This document shows positions 57,653-64,000 of a stretch of 64,000 bases of DNA, one piece after another. Positions within the stretch are counted from its first letter, which is position 1; the number at the start of each line of letters is the position of its first letter. A program made the position numbers and the translations under genes. The DNA comes from a virus. The stretch covers positions 15,100-79,099 of IMG/VR virus record IMGVR_UViG_3300028569_000030. One strand, 5' to 3'. The notes beneath the pieces were generated by a model. That model saw only the letters and a program-made list of their open reading frames with translations, was not told the origin of the DNA and made no database searches.

Positions 57653-57889
57653 TTACTCTCTTATTTGTTTTATAATGTTAGTTGGATTAAGTATATCCAC
57701 TCCGTTTTTCCCTAAGAAAAAAACATTACAATTATGTAGGGTGTTATTTTCTTTGTTATATGTTTCGCAAACCATCCCATCTACCATATAAGTGTAGTTA
57801 GATTTATCTGATAAAAACGTACTTACTCCTAAATAAAGGAGTCCTAATGCTACCATAGCTACTAATATCCATATACTTTTAAAACCCAT
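57653..57889 (-). CDS. Membrane-anchored small protein
   Basis: N-terminal TM, Cys pair; AGGAG RBS. Confidence 0.55.
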   Translation of the reverse strand: MGFKSIWILVAMVALGLLYLGVSTFLSDKSNYTYMVDGMVCETYNKENNTLHNCNVFFLGKNGVDILNPTNIIKQIRE

Positions 57890-57900
57890 AAAACTCCTTA

Positions 57901-58323
57901 TTATACTTCTTGTTTACAATCTGGACAATACCAGAACTCTAAGGTTCTAGATAATCGGTTTAGATATTTGTTCTTATGAGAACAGAGATTAAATTTTGGA
58001 GGGGCGTCTGTTTTTGTTGCTATAAGCGATAACATCTCATCATTAATTCCTCCGGTTCCCCAAAATCCAGTTATCATTACTATTCCCATAGGGACAATCC
58101 ATTTATTTTTATCAAGTATTTCTATCTCTGCATTTGCCATATAAACTAAAGCCTCTGTTATATCGTCTATGGTATATTCTGTAGGCCACGTTTCGTCAGG
58201 ATCATAAAAAGAAAGGATACCTCTACTGTCAAGTAAGTCGTTTAATTCCTCTATTTTTGGCATTAATATTCTAAGATCTTCCTCGCTTTTTACTTTATAC
58301 TTGTCACCTGCCTTCATTATCAA
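57901..58323 (-). CDS. Hypothetical protein with C-terminal Zn ribbon
   Basis: CSH...WYCPDC. Confidence 0.55.
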   Translation of the reverse strand: MIMKAGDKYKVKSEEDLRILMPKIEELNDLLDSRGILSFYDPDETWPTEYTIDDITEALVYMANAEIEILDKNKWIVPMGIVMITGFWGTGGINDEMLSLIATKTDAPPKFNLCSHKNKYLNRLSRTLEFWYCPDCKQEV

Positions 58324-58489
58324 TCCTTCTATTGATTTCTGTTACTAGGAACGTCTCTAAAAATGCTAATTTCTCTTCTAAAAAAACAACTCTCTTTTCT
58401 AATTTCAAATAATTTTCCATTAGATTTGCTGTGAATTTTTCCATATCTTTAAGATTTTTAAAGGCATTAAGATCTGTTACGTTACTCAT
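58304..58489 (-). CDS. Small coiled-coil protein
   Basis: MSNVTDL.AFK N-terminus. Confidence 0.5.
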   Translation of the reverse strand: MSNVTDLNAFKNLKDMEKFTANLMENYLKLEKRVVFLEEKLAFLETFLVTEINRRIDNEGR

Positions 58490-58713
58490 AGTCTATCCTT
58501 GGTTAGGATTCTTTTTAGTTCAGCATTCTCTTTATTTAAGTCCCTAATGACTTCCACAAGAGTGTTAATTTCTCTTGAAATAATCTTGTCTGTACCAAGA
58601 CGGTAAACTATGCCCATAGCCGCTATGAAAGCATTCTTAGCTGCTATATACTCACCAAGAGTTAAGTTCATCTCTTTGTCTTGTATATAAGTTTTAAAAT
58701 CGTCTTCAAACAT
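58486..58713 (-). CDS. Hypothetical protein
   Basis: GGAGG RBS. Confidence 0.5.
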   Translation of the reverse strand: MFEDDFKTYIQDKEMNLTLGEYIAAKNAFIAAMGIVYRLGTDKIISREINTLVEVIRDLNKENAELKRILTKDRL

Positions 58714-58754
58714 AATTCCTCCAATGAAATATACCCACTATATGATAGCACGTA

Positions 58755-58937
58755 CTATGTATCATCGTCAATATATTCCTTATCGTCTTCTAGATCATCT
58801 TCCAATAGAGATTCATATATGTCGTTAACATCTATCCCAACGTACTCAGCAACTTTTTCATAGTACCAGTTATAAGAATCAATTAGCTCTTCTTTTTTCT
58901 TTTCAATCTCTCCTAATGATCTCACTTTATTTAACAT
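58755..58937 (-). CDS. Small acidic protein
   Basis: GAGG RBS; D/E-rich C-terminus. Confidence 0.5.
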   Translation of the reverse strand: MLNKVRSLGEIEKKKEELIDSYNWYYEKVAEYVGIDVNDIYESLLEDDLEDDKEYIDDDT

Positions 58938-58952
58938 TACGACCTCATTAGA

Positions 58953-59633
58953 TTATAGTGTTGCAGCCATTTTTAAAAATTGTAGATTTAAATCTTCTTG
59001 GTTTTTTCTAGCATCAGCATAAGCAGCAGCATAAGCAGCATAAGCAGCATAAGCAGCATCAGCAGCATAAGCAACAGCAGCATAAGCAGCATCAGCAGCA
59101 TCAGCATCAGCAGCAGCAGCAGCATCAGCAGTATAAGCAGCATAAGCATCAGCAGCATCAGCATAAGCATCAGCATCAGCAGCAGCAGCAGCAGCATCAG
59201 CAGCATAAGCAGCAGCATAAGCAGCATAAGCAGCATCAGCAGCAGCAGCAGCAGCATCAGCAGCATAAGCAGCAGCATAAGCAGCATAAGCAGCATCTCT
59301 ATGCATTATAATTTTCTCTTTTTGAATCTTTGTAATATCTTCAAAGTTTTTAACTTTGATTAAGTACCTAATACAATCTCCAACTCTTTTATCTTCTGGA
59401 TATTTACTTTCAAATATATTTAAAACACTTTCTGCACATAATAGTCCAAAATGACAAAGTTGGTTTTTATTTAATACCTGTTTAGCTACCCAAATTTTAT
59501 CGTTATAAGATATGTGTTCTAAATCTATAAAATCATCAAAAGTAAATTCAAGATTTGAATAATGTTGTAAATAATTGTCTAGTCGATCTTTACATGGGTT
59601 TAAAGCCGTAATCAATTGTGTTGTTATTTTCAT
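58953..59633 (-). CDS. Imm5-like domain protein with Ala/Tyr/Asp low-complexity tract
   Basis: CAE.VL.IFE.KYP.D.R....I followed by ~96 codons of A/Y/D; AGGAG RBS. Confidence 0.65.
   Translation of the reverse strand: MKITTQLITALNPCKDRLDNYLQHYSNLEFTFDDFIDLEHISYNDKIWVAKQVLNKNQLCHFGLLCAESVLNIFESKYPEDKRVGDCIRYLIKVKNFEDITKIQKEKIIMHRDAAYAAYAAAYAADAAAAAADAAYAAYAAAYAADAAAAAADADAYADAADAYAAYTADAAAAADADAADAAYAAVAYAADAAYAAYAAYAAAYADARKNQEDLNLQFLKMAATL
59008..59297. repeat. Coding trinucleotide microsatellite (GCT/TAT/GAT on - strand) with a 60-bp duplication
   Basis: GCA/GCATAA/GCATCA runs; DAAYAAYAAAYAADAAAAAA occurs twice in tandem. Confidence 0.9.
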
Positions 59634-59645
59634 AATACTCCTTTA

Positions 59646-59888
59646 TTAATTTAAATGAATATGGTTACTATGGTTAGTACCTATTTGGCGATTGTAGGCT
59701 AAAGCTGATCGTTCTAGCTCTAGAATTAAACTAATCATGTCGTCTATGTCCCTAACCTTGGCCTCATCTAGTCCGGATACTGCCACTTTGTTATCATTAG
59801 ATGATGCCTCAATGCCAAGTCTAGTTAGATTAGATGCTACTAATCCTGCCCAATTATAATCACTGAATGTAAAGATGGATATTCTCAT
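59646..59888 (-). CDS. Hypothetical protein (first gene behind leftward promoter)
   Basis: AGGAGG RBS before MRISIF. Confidence 0.55.
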   Translation of the reverse strand: MRISIFTFSDYNWAGLVASNLTRLGIEASSNDNKVAVSGLDEAKVRDIDDMISLILELERSALAYNRQIGTNHSNHIHLN

Positions 59889-59904
59889 ATTACCTCCTAA
59901 CACA

Positions 59905-59932
59905 AACATATCACACAAATATTATTTTGCAA
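59905..59932 (-). promoter_or_regulatory. Leftward sigma70-type promoter
   Basis: TTGCAA-N16-TATGTT with TGn extension; -10 box ends 16 nt upstream of the 59888 ATG. Confidence 0.5.
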
Positions 59933-59955
59933 TATAAATCGCTATGTGATATAAT
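59927..59955 (+). promoter_or_regulatory. Rightward near-consensus sigma70 promoter
   Basis: TTGCAA-N17-TATAAT with TGn extended -10; no + strand ORF downstream. Confidence 0.75.
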
Positions 59956-59960
59956 TAACA

Positions 59961-60275
59961 TACCCTTGGACCGTGAAAAATAGGTGCAAGTCCTACGTTC
60001 ATTTGAACGACAAGCTTCTGAGTAGGCACTATGCTGAAAGGTTACGATGAAACAGCTTGATAGGGGAAGTCCTGATTGAACAGGGCTAACTCTCTGACCT
60101 AAGTCGGAGAGCGGAAAGCCAGGGTAGTAAGTCCGAACACTGTCGTAAGGTGGGACAAGACAAAGGTGTGTGAAAGCCATACCACATTTAGAGATAGCAT
60201 CTCACAGGGCTTAATGGGAATTTTAAAGTACCATTACTCCGAGAATCACCAATACCTTGGATTATTATAAGGGTA
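59961..60275 (+). ncRNA. Putative ~315-nt highly structured non-coding RNA of unrecognised class
   Basis: Starts at predicted TSS. TACCCTT(59961-67) pairs with AAGGGTA(60269-75); at least 8 internal helices, two T-loop-like hairpins, AGUA/GAA loop-E motif; GC-richer than flanks. Confidence 0.65.
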
Positions 60276-60455
60276 GGGGATAGATACTCGTATGCAAATT
60301 AATTCAAATAACAGGATAAAATATATGTTCTATTGCATATGTTTATCATTATTTTGAAAGTAGTTTTGGGAAATTGGAAAACCAGTATTTTTTGTTCTCT
60401 GTAAACATAGACCTTAAAAAGGTAAATGATTGTCTTTTCGTAAACCTTGGTCTTC

Positions 60456-60510
60456 CAAGTAGTTGATATTAGGATAGGATTTTATAAAGTCCATTGGTTT
60501 CAATGTGTTA
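60456..60510. promoter_or_regulatory. IHF-consensus sites
   Basis: TATCAACTACTTG (- strand, 60456-60468) matches WATCAANNNNTTR; TTTCAATGTGTTA (60498-60510) has 1 mismatch. Confidence 0.45.
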
Positions 60511-60594
60511 GAGTGGTAATATAGGGCAAAATACCATAGAATTGTGATGATGATAGCAAAACGAATCCAATGCATACTTAGCCCCATGATTGAG

Positions 60595-60939
60595 TTATTG
60601 TAATGATTGACTCAATTGGCCAATTTCATTCCTAGAATAGAATTCCAAGGAGTCTTTGTTCAGCAAGCTGAAAACCGCTGCCGGAAGTACCGATATCTTT
60701 TTCTTCCTACTTGGAAGAAGCGATCCAACAAGGGTGACATCACCGATGAAAAATTCAGCCACAAAAGCATTCACGCTTGAAATGTAGTTGTCTTGCTCTG
60801 ACAATTGGTCATCATAGGGATAGATTCGAGATCCTGATAGAGATTTCACTCGAATCCTGGCCAATTTACGTCTAGCAGTCTTCCCTAAATAGTAAACTTC
60901 AATTGAAGAGTAGAGCGTTGGTTGGGTTGTAATTTTCAT
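60595..60939 (-). CDS. Hypothetical early protein
   Basis: YLG.T.....RI.V......IYPYD..L...DNY motif; AAAGGA RBS. Confidence 0.55.
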   Translation of the reverse strand: MKITTQPTLYSSIEVYYLGKTARRKLARIRVKSLSGSRIYPYDDQLSEQDNYISSVNAFVAEFFIGDVTLVGSLLPSRKKKISVLPAAVFSLLNKDSLEFYSRNEIGQLSQSLQ

Positions 60940-61063
60940 AGAAATCCTTTCGTTATTGGTTAATTAAGTAACATTGATGGATCAATTCCTAAAGCCATGG
61001 CAGCTATGAACAATCCTAGAAATACCCCTAGAATGATCAAAATCAGCCCATAGACAAGTGATT

Positions 61064-61303
61064 TTAGCATGTGGTTACTCCTTTACTAGGGTGATGATTT
61101 ACTAAGGCAATGGTATCGACCTGACTCATGTACAGATTCGTGTAGAGGGTGAATTCCACTTTGGCTCCACGTTTCATTTTGGAAACCTCGGACTCATTGG
61201 CTATAGCCGTGACATGCATGTAGTATGTGCGACCATCTTCATTGCAATTCACGGTACCCTCATCGTTATCAAACCATTGAATGTTTCCTGTTAATGTCTT
61301 CAT
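61064..61303 (-). CDS. Cold-shock-domain (CspA-like) protein, divergent
   Basis: TG.IQWF....G.V...DG..YYMH.TAI......M..G.KVEF. Confidence 0.65.
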   Translation of the reverse strand: MKTLTGNIQWFDNDEGTVNCNEDGRTYYMHVTAIANESEVSKMKRGAKVEFTLYTNLYMSQVDTIALVNHHPSKGVTTC

Positions 61304-61495
61304 GTTATTTCCTTTCGTTCAAACAGTTAGTATTAAGACCTTGAGAATTACAGCTATATGACCTCACATTCTGCATATAGTCCTCATATGAACCGAATAC
61401 CAGAGCAAGCAATGATAAGGCAAGCATAAAGGCTAAGAATCCTAATAGGGCATATTGTAAGCATTTTAATAACATGTTAAACTCCTAGTTTATTG

Positions 61496-61768
61496 TTATA
61501 ATAAAGAATAAACAGCGTATAATTCTTTATAATTGACGTAAAAGTCAAGTTCTCGGTCAATGGCTTCTTTGTCTTGATCGGTCAATGATTCAAACAGACC
61601 AGAAACATAGCAAGCCTGACCCTCATAGCTGATATTTTCCAATTGGTCAGTTACTTCTTCCATTCCGATTGATTTTTCCCAACTCCAGTCACTTCCTGTT
61701 AAAAAAGCATTTCTACAATGATTTAAATAGTCGATAACTTTTTTTTGTTTGTCAGTGGTATCTTTCAT
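61496..61768 (-). CDS. Hypothetical early protein
   Basis: AGGAG RBS. Confidence 0.55.
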   Translation of the reverse strand: MKDTTDKQKKVIDYLNHCRNAFLTGSDWSWEKSIGMEEVTDQLENISYEGQACYVSGLFESLTDQDKEAIDRELDFYVNYKELYAVYSLL

Positions 61769-61791
61769 AATATTTTCTCCTTAATTAAATG

Positions 61792-62007
61792 CTATAAGCC
61801 TAATTTATTATTCAATAATTCCTTAAAATCAACTTTGTTTAGATCAATACCATCATGACCATTGAAGTAATTGTCCTCAAAACATTTCCTCAATGCCTCA
61901 ATTGTATAACAATCTTCATATTGTAGATACACATTTTCGTTGTTGCTTGTGAGCCATAGGTTTACTGCCCATGTATCTCTATTACTCCACCCATTATATT
62001 TTTCCAT
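61792..62007 (-). CDS. Hypothetical early protein (YNGW.N..TW.VNLW family)
   Basis: Motif typical of small phage early ORFs. Confidence 0.6.
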   Translation of the reverse strand: MEKYNGWSNRDTWAVNLWLTSNNENVYLQYEDCYTIEALRKCFEDNYFNGHDGIDLNKVDFKELLNNKLGL

Positions 62008-62008
62008 T

Positions 62009-62371
62009 CTATACCGCCTTCTTAATTTGATTTAGCAATTCTGCTGTTTGGTCCTCGGTAAACTCAGTTTCAATTACAGTACTTAGATAGTACGTAGTAG
62101 ATTCACACCATAATTCGACTAATCCTTGTTTGAACAATTCAAGCTTGTGTGCACCGGCTTTATAACCATCATCATCAACTAACCTTGATAGAGTTAGTCT
62201 ATTTTTGTAAACCTCACATTCAGACACATCAATATTCCTAGTAAGGTCATCAATACTGTTAAAATATAATTTCTCAATGCACCCTAAGTCTTGAAAAGTA
62301 TCTGGATCACATCCAGTTTCATAATTATCTAATTCTCTAGTAACATGTACGTAAACTTTAATGTGTTTCAT
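62009..62371 (-). CDS. Hypothetical early protein
   Basis: Packed ORF. Confidence 0.55.
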   Translation of the reverse strand: MKHIKVYVHVTRELDNYETGCDPDTFQDLGCIEKLYFNSIDDLTRNIDVSECEVYKNRLTLSRLVDDDGYKAGAHKLELFKQGLVELWCESTTYYLSTVIETEFTEDQTAELLNQIKKAV

Positions 62372-62372
62372 A

Positions 62373-62720
62373 TTATTCCGCCTTTTTATTGATTGAATCA
62401 GTATATTGACCTATTAAATACTTATTAACTAACGGTAGAACAGAATAAGGATCAATGTTATATATGCACCTATTAAATGCAGAAAATGATTCGTCTATTC
62501 CTAGAGTAATGTCACCTATCCTTGATTTTAATTCATTAATCAATCCAAGGTCTAGAGTGTTTTGTCTAGTGTTAGCCGATTTTACTTTAAATGTAATCTT
62601 AATATTATCTAGACGATACACTGCAATGTAGTGATCCCATCCAGTAACTTTATGAACATACCCAAACTCAAGATTACAGCTTCTTATTATCTTTTTAACT
62701 TGTTCTGTTGATACATACAT
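62373..62720 (-). CDS. Hypothetical early protein
   Basis: AGGAG RBS. Confidence 0.55.
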   Translation of the reverse strand: MYVSTEQVKKIIRSCNLEFGYVHKVTGWDHYIAVYRLDNIKITFKVKSANTRQNTLDLGLINELKSRIGDITLGIDESFSAFNRCIYNIDPYSVLPLVNKYLIGQYTDSINKKAE

Positions 62721-62806
62721 ATATTACTCCTATAAATTATTAGTTATAAACATTATTACAAATAAGAAACTTGTGCTGATCATCATATTTAATAGATATA
62801 TCATAA

Positions 62807-63034
62807 TTACTCCTCTGTATAAACAATGCGGCTAATTGGTAAAATTGAACCATCTTTAAGACCGTTAATAAAACTCATAGCTTCTTCTTGTGTGTCAAAG
62901 GCAACTCTATCAGTGTTAAGTTCATAATCATGTCTGGATAATATACGCCACGTCATAAATCTGCTATCGGAACACTCTTTTCTTTCAACAAAATAAGTTT
63001 GAGTATATGGTTTAATAATTCTATATTTACTCAT
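62807..63034 (-). CDS. Hypothetical early protein
   Basis: Start reassigned to MSKYRII. Confidence 0.5.
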   Translation of the reverse strand: MSKYRIIKPYTQTYFVERKECSDSRFMTWRILSRHDYELNTDRVAFDTQEEAMSFINGLKDGSILPISRIVYTEE

Positions 63035-63035
63035 A

Positions 63036-63242
63036 TTAAGCCACCTTTTTATTATCATTGTTAATAACAATAATAACGCCTTGATCAATCCAATTTAGTA
63101 TTATGCTTGGGGTCAATATACCAAAAGACTTAGTATTTAAAAAAAGCATTGTACTATCGTCAGTAACATGGCCTAAGCTTAACACATACCGTGTATATTC
63201 AATGATTTTTTTATCTTCTTGTTTCATTTCAAATTCAGTCAT
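63036..63242 (-). CDS. Hypothetical early protein (first of - arm)
   Basis: Start reassigned to MTEFEMK after AAGGA RBS. Confidence 0.5.
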   Translation of the reverse strand: MTEFEMKQEDKKIIEYTRYVLSLGHVTDDSTMLFLNTKSFGILTPSIILNWIDQGVIIVINNDNKKVA

Positions 63243-63377
63243 ACATTCCTTTTTGTTACGTTCTGTTAATACCAGTTTACTCTTGCACATGAAAAAAAGC
63301 AAGCACTGTGTGTAACTATTACATATTAGGTAAATCAACCGTAGGCTAAATGACAAAAAAAAGAGGCACTAAGGCAT

Positions 63378-63413
63378 GGCAATAGCATAGGCAATAGCAT
63401 AGGCAATAGCGTA
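63378..63413. repeat. 3 x 12-bp tandem repeat GGCAATAGCRTA
   Basis: Directly visible in non-coding DNA. Confidence 0.85.
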
Positions 63414-63830
63414 TATTAATTATTACTGGAAGTACTACAATAAAAGGCCATATATTTGTAGGAACTATTCGGAATAGCCTAATGGTTAGGAGTATTGTGA
63501 TGGGATCAATAATGAGCTGAATGATTGTGGTGTATAGGAATGAAGTGTTGCATATTATGCATGGGTTGAAAGGTAGAGTAGATGAACAATTTCAACTAGT
63601 TAGCACACCCCTCTCTCACCCTCTTCCAAAATCAACTACGCTTTCAATCAATGATTTCCTACTGCATATGGTCATCATGACACCACTGGATTCTATATGG
63701 TCGGGCTAGAGGTTACCTACTGCAATAGTATGGTTTGGCCAATCAACTTCTATGGTATGGTCGAGTACTATCATAGCCCACAATTTCTTGTCTATATTAT
63801 ATAGATCAATCTATAGAGATATGCTAAGGA

Positions 63831-63862
63831 TATCAAGTACTTACGTTGGCATGAAAGTTGCA
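63831..63862 (+). promoter_or_regulatory. IHF site abutting a sigma54 (-24/-12) promoter motif
   Basis: TATCAAGTACTTA (63831-43) matches WATCAANNNNTTR; TTGGCATGAAAGTTGCA (63846-62) has GG-N10-GC. Confidence 0.55.
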
Positions 63863-64000
63863 GTAGGGGGGGGAGGGGGTGCCCTTTATCTGCTGTAGTT
63901 TGGAGAAGTATACCCTCGCTACCAAATAATAGAACATATCTACAATACATCTACAATTCTCAGCTAGTCTCGGGCTACTCTTAGCGCGTACTCGGGCTAT

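Noticed and set aside
59008-59297. DGR variable region or CRISPR array
   Set aside because: No reverse transcriptase or template repeat, variation is not adenine-specific, and there is no repeat-spacer structure
58988-59363. Poly-Leu/Met and poly-Ser/Ile ORFs
   Set aside because: Alternative-frame artefacts of the trinucleotide repeat
60011-60059. Hammerhead ribozyme (CUGA...GAAA in a three-way junction)
   Set aside because: Core reads CUGAGUA not CUGAnGA, and there is no UH cleavage triplet before the closing stem; fits a loop-E motif better
59911-60180. 89-aa - strand ORF over the structured region
   Set aside because: No clear RBS, atypical composition, runs through the promoter pair; better explained as the antisense shadow of a GC-richer RNA
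60063-60213. RNase P RNA (GGGGAAGUCC ... GGGCUUA resemble CR-I/CR-V)
   Set aside because: No bulged-U P4 geometry, motifs are far from the ends and other conserved regions are not recognisable
59616-60939. Identical MKITTQ N-termini in the 58953 and 60595 ORFs flanking the ncRNA
   Set aside because: Only 6 aa, different codons, no further similarity; likely chance
63373-63387. Second sigma54-like GG-N10-GC at the 12-bp repeat
   Set aside because: Lacks the TGGC and TTGC context; likely a by-product of the repeat
63521-63709. 62-aa + strand ORF in terminal region
   Set aside because: No convincing RBS, atypical composition, overlaps iterated non-coding motifs
1-64000. Stop-codon reassignment, tRNA genes, group I/II introns, integrase
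   Set aside because: Genes tile densely in code 11 using TAA, TAG and TGA stops; no cloverleaf, intron core or recombinase motifs recognised; polA, helicase, nrdJ and thyX frames are uninterrupted

Overview
About 64 kb of an AT-rich (roughly one-third GC by eye) tailed dsDNA phage genome using the standard genetic code, probably podovirus-like and infecting a Gram-negative host. The + strand arm (1-26196) is morphogenetic. It holds an unusually large cluster of modular fibre/decoration proteins (1-10374), adaptor and nozzle-like tail proteins, and four ejection-protein-like ORFs, the last ending in a cryptic GH24-like lysozyme domain. The - strand arm (26193-63242) holds dUTPase, an M15 endolysin with a spanin-like pair, family A DNA polymerase and AEP primase-SF4 helicase (each with a LAGLIDADG intein), ERF, a PD-(D/E)XK exonuclease, dNMP kinase, RNA ligase + PNK, class II RNR, ThyX, HNH endonucleases, several exported proteins (signal-peptide ClpP-like protease, collagen-PA14 lipoprotein) and many small early ORFs. 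No terminase, portal, major capsid, integrase, tRNA or CRISPR array was seen. The most notable unexplained element is a ~315-nt GC-richer, highly structured non-coding RNA candidate (59961-60275) with end-to-end pairing, two T-loop-like hairpins and a loop-E motif. It lies behind a near-consensus sigma70 promoter that shares a palindromic -35 box with the divergent early-operon promoter. An IHF site abutting a sigma54 -24/-12 motif, plus iterated motifs, sits at the right end. All calls are from reading the sequence; no database searches or folding programs were run.
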